DNA of 64,000 nt. Origin: Squalus acanthias. Its lineage: Eukaryota. The translations under genes were made by a program, and so were the position numbers. The stretch is from contig CM059432.1 in NCBI GenBank assembly GCA_030390025.1, forward strand, positions 75,580,001 through 75,644,000. The letters are read 5' to 3'. Under the pieces are notes generated by a model. It was not told the DNA's origin. It ran no database searches and saw only the letters and a program-made list of their open reading frames with translations. The stretch's first letter is position 1. Each line of letters starts with the position of its first letter. Below are positions 25,955-38,560 of this stretch, piece by piece.

Positions 25955-27051
25955 GGGTTAAATTCAGGAGCACCCACTTTTGGCATCCCCCCCGCCCCCC
26001 GCACCGGGTGCAGCATTAGTCCCCTACACACAAATGGTAAACTCCAAGGAGCCTTGGCTATTGGGCCTCGGACCTCATCATCATGAAGACGGCGTTGTGG
26101 GAGGAGGTAAGTTTGGATTGCGGCACTAGGAAATTCAACTTTGGATGGGGGCTTCAGAGTCACCATCGGGGGACTGGTGGTTGGGAGGAAGATCAGGGGT
26201 TGCGGAGGAGCGATCGCATATCAAAGGTATTAAGGGATATAGGGCAAATGCGGGTTTATGGAGTTAGGTCACAGATCAGCCATGATCTTATTGAATGGCG
26301 GAACAAGCTCGAGGGGCTAAATGGCCTCCTCCTGTTCCTATGTTCCAAAAGGAGGGGGGGATCAAGGTTCTGGAGGCCTGGTTGTCAGGGCTGAGGTTCA
26401 AGAGGAAGATCAAGGGGCCTGGTTGTCGGGGCCAGGGGTGGGGAGGTAGATCAAGGGGCCTGGTTGTCCGGGCCAGGGGTCGGGAGGAAGATCAAGGGGC
26501 CTGGTGGTTGGGGCCGGGGGTCGGGAGGAAGATCAAGGGGCCTGGTTGTCAGGACCAGGGGTCGGGAGGAAGAACTAGGGGCCTGGTTGTCAGGGCAGAG
26601 GTTCAGGAGGAAGATCTCAAGGGGCCTGGTTGTCGGGGCCAGGGGTGGGGAGGTAGATCACGGGGCCTGGTTGTCGGGGCCGGGGTCGGGAAGAAAATCA
26701 AGGGGCCTGGTTGTCAGAGCTGAGGTTCAGGAGGAAGATCAAGGGGCCTGGTTGTCGGGGCCAGGGGTGGGGAGGTAGATCACGGGGCCTGGTTGTCGGG
26801 GCCGGGGGTCGGGAGGAAGATCACAGGGCCTGGTTGTCAGGGCCAGGGGTCGGGAGGAAGATCAAGGGGCCTGGTTGTCAGGGCCAGGGGTCGGGAGGAA
26901 GATCAAGGGGCCTGGTTGTCGGGGTCGGGGTTGGAGGAACATCAAGGGGCCTGGTTGTCAGGGCTGGGGGTCAAGAGGAACATCAAGGGCCCCATTTTGG
27001 GGGCCTTAGGAAGCCATGTAGCATCTGAAAAATCTGATCCAATTTAGCCCC
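25955..27051. mobile_element. Composite Harbinger-type MITE (family D) containing a CR1 tail and a minisatellite
   Basis: Ends are agggttaaatt and aatttagcccc. 26058-26097 matches the reverse complement of 29661-29700. CR1 3' UTR at about 26222-26345. Confidence 0.55.
26352..26990. repeat. G-rich minisatellite, ~41-bp unit, ~15 copies
   Basis: Unit aggaagatcaaggggcctggttgtcggggccaggggtcggg with recurrent variants. Confidence 0.93.
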
Positions 27052-27629
27052 CTCTGTCTTCCTCTGTTCACTCATGAAGAATGTCACTTGGACAGTATAC
27101 TGAAGGGCAGCCAGCATATGTGAAATATTACCCAACCTGCAAGAGGAAAGGGGAGAAAAATCAAAAAAATCTTAAACATCAAACTGTTGCTGATTCACTG
27201 ACATACACAATACCAAGCCCAATTTGTTTGTGATTTGGACCATTCCCATTGTAACTCCAAGGGTTATTTTGTTCCTGTTAATATACTGTTTGCAATAGTA
27301 TTCTACTTTATTTCCCTGTTATAAAGAATACACAAGAGGCTGGCACAGAATTGTATGTTTTGGATGATTTTTTTTGTGCTTTATATAGTAAGGCAGTTAC
27401 TGCTGGGGAATGGATGAAGTTAGTAAATCTTGCATTTCCAGATCAGGTAGAGCACAGGACAGATGCAGAGTAAAGCAATTTTTATTCTGTCACTACAAAT
27501 CGAATAGCAGAAAAACAACCCTCACCGAAGCAGTGTGAACTTTCCATATTCCACAACAGTGCCCCTTAAGGATACACTGATTAATATTGTAAATTTGGTG
27601 CAAGTTTGTGCTAAATTCTGAGTAAATTT

Positions 27630-27930
27630 GTAGAATCATAGAATGATACATCACAGAAGGAGGCCATTTGGCCCATTATACCTGTGCTGGCTATTTGAAA
27701 GAGCTATCCAATTAATCCCACCGCCCCCCCCCCCCCCACCCCCACTGTTTCCCCATAGTTCAACAAATTTTTCCTTTTCAGGTATTCATCCAATGCCCTT
27801 TTGAAAGTTATTATTGAATCTGCTTCCGCCACCCTTTCAGGCAGTGCATTCCAGATGACAACAACTCACTGCGTAAATTTTTTTCCCTCATGTCTCCTCT
27901 GGTTCTTTTGCCAATTATCTTAAATCTGTG
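27630..27930 (-). mobile_element. CR1 3' tail fragment
   Basis: Homologous to 168-420. Confidence 0.8.
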
Positions 27931-27959
27931 TACGCTCAAAATTAAAATTGCCCTTGAGG

Positions 27960-28290
27960 TGTCTGAGAGATGTTGTATGGATATATAAGATTGTTAAGTG
28001 TATAGACACAGTTAACCTGGAATATTACTTTAAATTAAACTGCGGAAGTAGAACTAGGGGACACGTGTTCAAACTAATAAAAGGCAATTTTACAGATGAT
28101 ATCAGGAAATTCATTTTCCATGCAAAGAGTGATCAATTTGTGGAATAAACTTCCAGATAGGATAATGGAGGCAAAAACCCTGGAAGCATTTGAGAAACAA
28201 TTGCATGCCACAATTGAGGGAGGTTAGGATCTTTCTGGATAAATGTATTAAAATAGCTTCCTAATCCATAATTATTTTATGATCTTGTGA
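27960..28290 (+). mobile_element. Old CR1 3' fragment
   Basis: Degenerate YKIV..RTRGHVFKL..R..F motif. Confidence 0.65.
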
Positions 28291-28889
28291 TCATGTAGCA
28301 GCGCACAAATAATTACATTTGAACGTAATAAGCAACTCAACCAAGGAAGACACCTGGTTCTAATGCAAGTGCATAGGGAAGTTGCCGATATAGGTAATGG
28401 GGCTTCTGAATTGCTTGTGGCTTGCCAGTGTGGGCTTAATAGCCACCCAACACTATTACTTCCGGTTAGGAAGACCCTTAGGAGTTTGGCATTAACACCA
28501 GGATTTCACAAATCAAAAAAGGTAAATGCAGCAGAAAAACACTTTGAACACATACATCATATGCACTCAAACACTATAACATTATTTTCTCATTAATGTA
28601 TCTCTTAAATCTTTCAGTTTTTATCATGCACAACAGAAAATTGTAGTTGTCCAAAGTAAAACTGACACAACATAGGCAGTTCTTTTGCAAAAACTTAGAA
28701 AGTCATACATCGACCTGTTCTGTGATTATAAATATAGCCAATGAAAATCAGAGTGACCATGGCAGAGCTCACAGGAGCAAATGGCAAATGAGACCCTCGT
28801 ACACCTGTCTTCCCAGTTGCAGTGGCTGGTCTGCTGTTGGCAGCTACTCGTCCTGGTCTATCATGCCTACTACTGTTTTTCATTGAAGT

Positions 28890-30380
28890 GCCTTTGTCCA
28901 CGGCAATATTGTGCAGCATGAAACATTCTGCTATAATTGCCATTTTTCACTGGAGCATATTATAGAACCCTTCTAATTTGTCCAGGCATCTGTAATGTTG
29001 CTATAACACTCAAAATATCTCCTTAAACCTTGGTTTGTCTATGTGTGTCATTGTATCTGTGTTTTTCTGTGATATGAGATTGTGAAGGGTTGTCATCAGC
29101 TTTGGTTGCACTACAAAGCTTATACCTCCAAAATGTCAACCCTCCACTCTTCCTTCTCCTTCAAAGACTATGATACTTCAGTTCTTCAGAATTAAAGCAT
29201 CATGGCCTAGCGATTGGGCCATGGAGTGCCCGTTTTTCAGGTGATATGTGGCCTACTAAGGCCCCAAATTGGCAGCCAGGAAGTGCACAACTCCTCCAGC
29301 CGGAAGCACGCTGACCGCCATATATTCGGTAAAGACAAATAAGAGACGTCCTTTACACATGCCTGAAGCATATGCAAATAAATGGCCTTGTGGCTGCATG
29401 AGATCCCCACTCCATCATTGGTTTCCCCTGAGCCAGCCAGCGCCATCACGGGCTGCTAACAGGAAACCAGCCCTACAACCGTCTGCCAATCAATAAGGTA
29501 AGTGACTTACCCGAATGTGGAGCCGGGAGGAGCAGGAGTGCTCCTCCCGAACACACATTAAAGGACCCAATTGCCGTTCCCAACCCCCCCACCCTATCAC
29601 CACTGCCCCCAATCGTGGACCCCTGACCCAACCCCTGGTTTTCACCTGCGGGCGGTTGCACTACGCTGGCTCCATGACAATGAGGTTCGAGGCCCAATAT
29701 CACGGGAGCCTCAGACCTCACCATTCTGCAGCAGGGTACTTACACTTCCCCCACCCCCCACCCACCCCGTCCCGAGCACCCAAATTTCGAAAGCAGCCGA
29801 ATTTCTAGGCCCATGTGTACTTGCCATGCTTTGACAGGCATTGTTTTTTGTTTGGGGTCACATACTATTTGCGCATTTTTTGAGTAATAGCTTTCACTAT
29901 TTATACTATAGATTGTTGGTAAGTGTACCAAAAGCTACACAAATATAATCGATGATGCCCTAAACCTTGGGGAAGTGAGCGATCTGATGTAGCTGCTGGT
30001 GTCACAGCTGAAGGATATTTAGATGGGCGTGTAGTGAAATAGAACTTCAGTTACCTGCTTAGCGAAGCTGTGAACAGGACAACAATTGATTCCTGAGATA
30101 GCCCTATGGGTGCTTTAGAAGGTCTCTGTGGTGTAAAAGTTGAGGGCAATGGTGACCTTCACTGCCACTAGCAGTACGGTGCATATGGTTGACTGTCCCT
30201 GTAGGTTTTGTGGACCAGATGGTACAGAAAGATAACAGCCTCCCTTGTGATCATGAGCTTCATCATCATGCACTGCTTTCTGTGCTCTGTGGCAGTAGAT
30301 CTTCTGCTTAGGATAGTTTGTTTAGTGAGTCATGCAGCACCTATGCCCTCTTGTACTCTGGCTGCCTCCTCCTTCTGTTT
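28890..30380 (-). pseudogene. Ancient Harbinger transposase fossil, interrupted by a MITE
   Basis: Minus-strand remnants LLVAVKVTIALNFY (~30135-30175), FPKV.GIID (~29945-29975) and CFMLHNIA (~28905-28930). Confidence 0.7.
29204..29811. mobile_element. Non-autonomous Harbinger-type element (family D)
   Basis: TIRs are ggcctagcgatt and aatttctaggcc, with TSD CAT. Confidence 0.85.
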
Positions 30381-30762
30381 CTTCTCAGTGAATAAATACC
30401 TGACATGACCATTGCATCAATGCTGTGGGACTAATAACTCCACTGCAATATTCATTTCTGTCAGCAAGCAGAAGGTGACATCGGGATGCCAGAAAAGGAG
30501 TTAACTTTTTCAAGATGTTTGTCAAAGAAAAAACTTGTGTTTAGCTGCTGAGCTTAAATTAGAAGAAGGCCATTCTCACCCAAAATGAAATTGAGGCAGA
30601 AGATTAAATCCTGCAGCTCTTCCCATACACAGCCTGCAGGATGAGTGGAAACACCTCCATAAATCTGGTAAGTGCTTCATCATTTTTGAATGCCTATTAA
30701 TGGAACTGTAGAACAGGAGTGTAGTGTAGAAAGGTAGTGAGTGTAGTCCATACAAACTGATA

Positions 30763-31444
30763 GGGCTGGATTTTGATACTGGGGCGGGTTGGGGTCGTGT
30801 TATCCACCCGACTGCAATTGCATGTGGGAGATTGATGCGATTTTCACCTAATTGGGCAATTGAGTTCCAGCATGGGGGAACCCATGAACCAATTAGTGTT
30901 TTCAGTATGAAAGTCGACTCTGATGATGTCATCATTGCTGCTGCATTGAAGGTCTGCAAAGACTGCCTGGCCTTTGCTGTGAGAGGACCTGGATGCAAAA
31001 TGAGCAGCAGCTCTAAGTCTGCTCCCAGATATTTTTGCACCACCACTCCCAGATATGTCTCCCATCCATCACCACTCCCAGATATTCCAGCCATCCATAT
31101 ATGTCTCCTCCTCATGCCAGCCAGCGATAGTCAGCTATCCAAATGTGCTCCCGCCAGGTTTCACATTCATGGTTCAGAACAGGCGTGCTTCACGTAGAAA
31201 AAGGGTTAAAATCACAAAGGCCTTTCAAAATGGCATTATAGAGGCAATTTAATGCTTGTTCAGGGCCTTAACAGCCTATCCTGCCTCTTGGAGGCGGGAC
31301 GGAGTCGGGACCAGCAGACACAATTTAATGAAAATTGCGTGGAGGCGGGATGGAGGCGGACTTGTGCCCGCCCGCCAGTTTTCGCAATTTTAACCCCCCA
31401 CACGCCTCCAAACCCACCTCCACGGGTCAATGAAAATCCAGCCC
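30763..31444. mobile_element. Non-autonomous derivative related to Harbinger copy 1 (inverted)
   Basis: TIRs are gggctggatttt and aaaatccagccc. 31220-31300 matches the reverse complement of 880-960. Flanks are ATA and ATG. Confidence 0.88.
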
Positions 31445-31949
31445 ATGCTATTTAGAATTAACTGTCACTTGTTTCTCAATGTATAAATGTGAGGATGCAA
31501 AGAAGTAAATGTGAACAATAACTTCATCATTTTTGTCTGTTCACAGATGCACCTGGATCTTCCAGCTTGGGCATAAGATACAAATGCCTATTACTAGCAC
31601 CATCTGCACCACCGAGACAGTCTGTGCCAAAAACTGAAATTGGAATCACCAGAATAGGCTAACTTCACCACCGACACTGGTTAAATCTTCTGCACATGAT
31701 TGGCTCAGTGAAATTAGCATTACCTATTGAGGAAGGTGAATTGGAAAAAACCCTTGCAGACAGTAGGAACAAAAGAAAGATAGTGTAAATAAAGAAGTTA
31801 AGCATACCTTTAAGGCAAGAGTATTATTGCATCAATAGGATATTCATTCTCCAGTGCAGGATTCCATTCCATTGGCGAATTTTGAAAAAACCTTTCTTGA
31901 TCTGCATGAAGAATAAATGTAAAGGCGATATTACAATCTGAAAGTATTA

Positions 31950-32850
31950 GCTTGGTTTATTTGGTAGCAATCTTGCCTCTGAGTCAGAAGGCTGTAAGTT
32001 CATAGCCCAATCATCAACTTAAACACAAAAGCCCCAAAATTGCATGGGCTGCAATCCTGGCAGTTATGCTAGGATTATGCCTGCTGGTGCTAACACTGCC
32101 AGTGAATGTGGGCTCAGTGGAAGGCTCTCTCACCTGTATGGGCTATGTGGATGCCTGTGTTGCCTGCATATTTATTTTTGGAGTCCGTAAACGCTGGTGC
32201 TTGCTGCATCTGGTGGGGGTGTTTGATTCTGCTTCCCTTCCCACCCCCACACCATCGTCCCCCCCCCCCCCACCCCTGGTGGCACAAGAGAACCGTCTTT
32301 CTGCCTTCCACCCTTCAAGAGGCTGATACGCCTCATCTCACTGCTGCGTACCAAACTCCACACTGATGCAGGGCCTCACTGAAACTGGGGAAGCGAGAAT
32401 TCCCAGCTTAGGGAGTCCTTCCCCCAGTCCTGTCCCCTCTGATACAGGGGACCATGCTTGGGGCGGACAGACAATCTGCCTTAGATAAGGCTTCACAGGA
32501 ATTTCTTGAGAGGTTGGAAAGGAAGTGTGCCAGAAGGCCAGTGCAATTATAGAGCCATAATCCAGGCTGGCACTTCAGTGCCATACTGAGTGAGAGGTTA
32601 AACCAAAGGCTTATTCAAGTGGATGTAAGGGGCCCCATGGCATACAGGGAGCAGGGAGTTTTCCCAGTGTCTGACCATTATTCCCTTTTAACCAATGCAC
32701 TCAAAAACAGATCATCTGGTTTTTCATTAATTTATAGTTGCTAGGATCTTCCAATATACAAATCGACTGTTGTGCCTGTCTGCATAACAGCAATAACTGC
32801 ACTTCAGAAGTACTCCATTGGTTGTAAAATGCTAAGGCTGCGATGAGGAT
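31950..32850 (+). mobile_element. DeuSINE-type SINE (SacSINE1/AmnSINE-like), split by a MITE
   Basis: tRNA-like head tggtagcaatcttgcctctgagtcagaagg. Body after 32557 resembles the Deu domain (gtggatgtaag..ccatggca..gagcagggagtt..aaaacagatcatctgg..cacttcagaagtac). Confidence 0.7.
32030..32556. mobile_element. Probable Harbinger-type MITE
   Basis: Degenerate TIRs agccccaaaattgc and gcaattatagagcc. Interrupts the SINE. Flanks are AAA and ATA. Confidence 0.55.
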
Positions 32851-32860
32851 GAGACACTAT

Positions 32861-33400
32861 GGCCTGGAAATTCGGGGGTTTTAGCGCCGGCCATTACCGC
32901 CCGATTCAGGGAAAAAATGAGGTGGGTCCCGCAGCAGCTGCCACTGCCACTCCACCATTGCCCTTGTCACTGCCTCTCAGCCAGCCAGCCAGCCCAGACT
33001 GCTGCCACCCATGCCAAGGTGGTGCAGTCTACAGCCAGGCCTTCTAGGTCCAGAGCTGATCGAGGTCGTCCTGCATCAGAATACCGCTGGTTGCCTGAAA
33101 TGAGCCTGTGCCATAAGAGTTGAGAGTAGTGCTCATCTTCATAGCTACAGAGAGAACAGAGCAGACTGATGAGCATGGCTGAAGGGTCTCCTACAGTCGG
33201 TGACACAGCTACCCTGTTGCTTCTTTGGTAAATCGTATTCTTCTTAGACACATCTCCTCAGTAAGGCCTTCATATGACCTGTGTTCTGTGCATAATATAT
33301 GGTGAGAGGTAATATCTGGTGGGCTGCATCCTCCTTAAATGCTGCATAATCCTGTGCTGCGCCTCCTCCTCCTCCATGATAATGGCATGCAGGATATGCC
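32861..33400. mobile_element. Rearranged Harbinger fragments
   Basis: A left end like copy 2 (ggcctggaaattc..ttagcgccggcc) is joined to an inverted match of 14630-14770. A minus-strand transposase remnant follows (LTEEMCLRRIRFTKE). Confidence 0.7.
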
Positions 33401-33959
33401 CATAGGGAATGTCAGACCTGCCCCTGAGACGCCCTCACCACAGGTAGAGGGAAGGTGCAGCAGAAATCTGCCAGTGGTCTGACCCTATTAGAAGCAAGTG
33501 CAGGTAAATAGAATGGCAAAACAAAAATGCTTTACAAAGTGTTCCCAGCTGCAGAAATCTGTATTCAGCATGGCCAGGCTCTTGTGTGTGAGGAACTCTT
33601 CACTTCTGCCTTGAACATCTGATTCTAGCAGCTTGTTGCGCTTTATGGATCTCAGAATGCATTAAGCGTGTAAAACCAAGAAACTAGCAGCTGCTGCACC
33701 ACTGCCTTTCACTTTGACATATGGAAATGAGGGGACTTGGGACTTGGCAGATGGATCATGGAAAGCTCAAATAGTGTACAGGAACTCAGAGAAGCATCTT
33801 ATTGGTGGAATTGTAGCACAAATGGCTTCCAGTTGATTTTCTTGCCTAATAAATGTTCCTGCGCTGTTTATACACTGCTAATGTGCTGAAAACAGCAGCA
33901 AATAACACTTTAATGGAGACCCTTGCGTTATATCATGTTCATTACTCCTGCCAATCTAT

Positions 33960-34593
33960 GGGGGTGATTTTAAATTTTGGGTGTTTGACTGCTGGAACGT
34001 GTTGGCCACCCATCCGTGCCGGGAGCATAGAGAAGCGCCGGGACCCAAGCCTTGTTTAAATGGAAACCCAGTGGGCTGTGGGCGCTATATGGGCAATCCC
34101 AATGCTGCCCGTTGGATTTGGGCCAGCGCAAAATCGGGCCGCTTGGAGGCAGGAAGTTAAGGTGGGATGGGGGGAGAGGAGTGTTGCGATTGTGGAGGAG
34201 GTACCCTGGGGTTGGAGCTGCCCAGATTATTTATGTGGAGCCTGGAGGAGCATTCCTGCTCCTCCTGGCCCCACATAAATAATTTAAAAGTTACCATCGA
34301 GGGGTCTCTTCTGCTGTACCGCCAGTACAACTGGTCGGAGAGTGCACGATGCACAGTCCTCTCAGTTCTATCCTAAAATGGCAAACGGGGTCCTTTGTTT
34401 GTCATTGGACCTCGCTTGCATATTAAGAGACCCTACCGCCCGTAACAGGCGGGCGCTTTGGCCACCCAGCAGTAGGCCCTTTAAATGATGACAACCGGAG
34501 TGTTGGCATTAATGGGGCCGCATGTCTACCGACCACATTTTAAGGCACTTGCCACCTGGTTAATGCCGATGTGGCTAAGTTAAAATCAGCCTC
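33960..34593. mobile_element. Non-autonomous Harbinger-type element
   Basis: TIRs are gggggtgattttaa and ttaaaatcagcctc. Flanks are TAT and AAT. Shares the ggaggagcattcctgctcctcc motif with family D. Confidence 0.72.
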
Positions 34594-34879
34594 AATGGAT
34601 TTGTGCCAAGTATTTCCACCGTTTTTTCATCTGATTCAAGCCAGAAACTCTGGTTGTTGAAATGATCTCACGGATGATTGTAAATCTTTGTTAATATCAT
34701 TCTTCAGCACCTCCTATATCTCTATCCATAGGATAGCTTCCAGTGGTAGCATCTCTTATAAGATTCTGTTTCCTCTTTGTATTCTCTGAATTTGGCTGAA
34801 CAACTCAAGTTTTCATAACTGAAGGATACCACTGGCTTTGGGCTATTGTCCTCTCTGATTCTGTCACTTCAAACACATT

Positions 34880-35674
34880 GGGGGAAAAATTGGGTATCGC
34901 CTATTTTGGGGCGCTTATATCGGCCGGGCGCAAAGTTTAGCGCCCGACGCTAATTCTCGCCTCCGACTACAAAGTTTGCTTCTATCGCCCCTGGAGGTGG
35001 TTTGAGCGCTAAATCAGGTGCTACACACCTCTCTTAAGGCGCAAACATCGGGGAGCGAGGCGCTACCTCAGAACGCTGCCGAAGCTCAGGCGATATCAGT
35101 AACCATGGAAGCCAGACAGACTGGCGCTGTCCAGTTCTTAATGTGGAGGGGCCATCTTGCTGGCCAGCCACACCCTAATCATTACAGCCTTGAATCTCGG
35201 CCTGGAGAGACTTCTAAAGCAATTGTGTTGGAAGCACTAATGCAAAGGCCCAGGGAAAGATCTGGGCGCTTAGGAACCTCAAAAGTGGTGCTGAGGGCCA
35301 AAACTCCTTAGGACAGTGTTAAATCTTTCCAGACGTCTCTCTCCCTCTCAACCTGGGTGTACCAAAAATGTTGCCGACAAGAAAGGGCAGGAAGCGGCCG
35401 CCTTTAAATAGCGCACCCCCAGCCCCTTCCCAACTTGAAAACGTTCCCCTCTACCTGTCGTACCTAGCAGCAGGCACTAAGGCAGGGGGCGCGACTCAAT
35501 ATCCGGTCCGGGGCGCTACCGGGGCATTGCACGATTGACTGACGTCTCGATCTGTGGGCGCAGGAGATCGTGGCGGTAGTGTTTAGCGCTGCCGCCAAAC
35601 GTCGAGTCAATTTCGTGAGCGGCGCTAAAATCACCGCGCTAACGGGAGGCGCTAACCAACCGAATTTTTCCTCC
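34880..35674. mobile_element. Non-autonomous Harbinger-type element (family E)
   Basis: TIRs are gggggaaaaatt and aatttttcctcc, with TSD ATT. Rich in (T)AGCGCC repeats. Homologous, inverted, to 46553-47445. Confidence 0.88.
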
Positions 35675-36120
35675 ATTTACTCCTGGATATATCAAGGGTT
35701 TATCATTTTATTGAGCATTGCAGCTACATGTGCTAAGTGATATAATGAATGACAGGAGGCATAAACAGCTGAAAGGCACTGATCTACCTTACCAATTATT
35801 ACTTATTGCTTCATCAATTAAAGAGGAGGTTCTGTTATTGGCAGCCAAACCTGGAAACTTAACAGAGGGAATTAACAGACACTGTCGGACAGAAGGGAAG
35901 ATATAAATATATATATATAACTGCTTAATAATGATGAGAACTGGTGACAAACCAACCATGCATGTGTTGCTAGTACAGCAGGTTTTATTTTGGACTCACT
36001 GGTGACTTCATGGGCCCAATTTCAATGTTTTATATCTGCACTAAATTGGTTTGTGCACACAGGAACAGGAGTGCAGTTTAGTAGCAGAAGCAAGAACATT
36101 TTTTTATAGACTGCTCTGCC

Positions 36121-38157
36121 CATAGAATCATAAAATGGTTACAGCACAAAAGGAGGCCATTTGTCCCATCGAGCCCGTGCCAGCTCTCTGCAAGAACACT
36201 TCAGCTAGTCCCACTCCCCTGCCCTTTCACCGTAGTCTTGCAATTTTTTTTCCTTCAGGTACTTATCCAATTCCCTTTTGAAAGCCACAATTGAATCTGC
36301 CTCCACCACCCTCTCAGGCAGTGCATTCCAGATCATAACCACTCGCTGCGTAAAAAGTTTTTCTGCCAATCACCTTAAATCTGTGTCCTCTGGTTCTTGA
36401 GCCTTCCGCCAATAGGAACAGTTTCCCTCTATCTACTCTGTCTAGACCCCTCATGATTTTGAACACCTCTATCAAATCTCCTCTCAACTTTCTCTGCTCT
36501 AAGGAGAACAACCCCAGCTTCTCCAGTCTATCCATGTAACTGAAGTCCCTCATCCCTGGAACCATTCTCATAAATCTTTTCTGCACCCTCTCTAAGGCCT
36601 TCACATCCTTCCTAAAGTGTGGTGCCCAGAATTGGACACAATACGCCAGTTGAGGCCGAACCAGTGTTTTATACAGGTTCATCATAACTTTCTTGCTTTT
36701 GTATTCTATGGGCTGGATTTTGCCAATGGGGAGCTTTTGGAGGTGGGACTCCCACTTGTCGGGTTTTAGTCCCGCCTCCATCGACTTTTGGCCAACCCAC
36801 ACTATTTTCCCTTGATTGACCTTGTTAAGCCCGCCTAGTGGGCTTAGCAGACCAATTAAGGGGAAGCCGATTAGAGAGAACGTCAGTGTATGACGTTTCA
36901 TCTGTCAAAAACTTTTGACAGATGAATTGTCATCATTTGACAGCTCTGTGAAGCTGTCAAACACTGACATTCTATGTTGTTTGATGAGTTCTTATATTCA
37001 AGACTCATCAAACCTCTTTTGTGAGCAGAAATTAGATGGTTGTTGCATTGGAGAATGTAGCAGCCATCTGTCATCTCTGCCGGTGAGATGCGAGACTCTC
37101 CGCATCCCCAATGTTTGAAGCCTGCAGGAAGAAACAAAGGTAAGTAAACATTTTCTATCACTTTCTACTCACCTCACATACTCACCTCTCCACACTTGCA
37201 CCCTTCACTTACCTTCACAGTGCACTTTTGCACCCCTCCGACCCCCGCAGACCCACTGCTCGCCTCGGTGACCCTGGCGGGGTTTTTGCAGCCTTCGGGA
37301 AGCCCGCACTTGTGTGGGTAAAATGGGGATAATCCTCTTATCTGCCTGTTAACTACCTGTTAACAGGCAGTTAAGTGGTTGTAATCCCCTTCCCGCCTCC
37401 AGGAGACGGGACCCGGCGCAGGTCGGCTACCTGCCTCCTGGGAAAATGGCACGGAGGCGGGTTGGGGGTGGGATGGGCACCCGCCCCCAGATTCTGCCAT
37501 TTTCCTGCAGTCCCGCCACCAAACCCGCCACCCCAGGGCTGGCAAGATCGCGCCCTATGCCTCTATTTATGAAGCCCAGTATCCCGTATGCTTTTTTAAC
37601 CGCTTTCTCAACCTGCCCTGCCACCTTCAGCGATTTGTGCACATATACCCCCAGGTCTCTCTGTTCATGCTCCCCCTTCAGAATTGTACCCTTTAGTTTT
37701 CTTGCCTCTCCTCGTTCTTCCTACCAAAATGTATCACTTCACACTTTTCTGCGTTAAATTTTATTTGCCACATGTCCACCCATTCCACCAGCCTGTCTAT
37801 GTCCTCTTGAAGTCTATCACTCTCCTCCTCACTGTTTACTACACTTCCAAGTTTTGTGTCATCTGCCAATTTTGAAATTGTGCCCTGTACACCCAAGTCC
37901 AAGTCATTAATATATATCAAGAAATGTCCTCGTACAGAACCCTGGGGAACACTACTGTGTACCTTCCTCCAGTCCAAAAAACAACCGTTCACCACTACTC
38001 TCTGTTTCCTGTCTTAGCCAAATCCGTGTCCATGCTGCCACTGTCCCTTTTATTCCATGGGCTTCAACTTTGCTGGCAAACCTATTATGTGGCACTTTAT
38101 CAAACACCTTTTGGAAGTCCATGTGCACCACATCAACCGCATTGCCCTCATCAACCC
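36121..38157 (-). mobile_element. 5'-truncated CR1 LINE split by a Harbinger MITE
   Basis: Same subfamily as 168-5637. Has RT motifs and a tail. Interrupted at 36710-37555. Confidence 0.92.
36710..37555. mobile_element. Non-autonomous Harbinger element (family A)
   Basis: TIRs are gggctggattttgcc and ggcaagatcgcgccc, with TSD TAT. Homologous, inverted, to 53373-54207. Confidence 0.92.
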
Positions 38158-38211
38158 ACACAAAGGGGAGTATGTGGTTCTTTGTGCATCTGTGACTGAT
38201 TATCACTAATA

Positions 38212-38560
38212 GGCCTGAATTTTAATGGGGAGGCAGGTTGGGAGTGGGGGTCTCCGAAGTGGTCGAGAAATCCGGGAGAATTTAACAGCAGCGCCTGATT
38301 TGCATGGGAAACCTTTGTTTCCCATCCGCAGACAGCCAGATTGAGAGGCCGGCTCGCTGCGGGCGGGTAGGCCTGTGGCATTAGGCCGCAGGGAGGAGGG
38401 AGGGAGGGATTGCATCGGGGCGGCCAGAGGAGCATGGGGAGGGCCGGGAGAGTTGGGGGGGTGGGGTGGTTTGAGAATGATTGGGGGCTGGGAGAAGTAC
38501 ACGGGGGAAGGTTGGGAACAATCAGGGGCCGGGAGCAACACAAGGGGGTGGGGTCGGGAA
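38212..38560. mobile_element. Left part of a family B element
   Basis: ggcctgaattttaatggggaggc matches the starts at 47599 and 52078. Truncated by a CR1. Confidence 0.8.

Noticed and set aside
26352..26990. Regularly spaced repeats resembling a CRISPR array
   Set aside because: Units are contiguous tandem copies with no unique spacers, there are no cas genes and the context is eukaryotic. It is a minisatellite.
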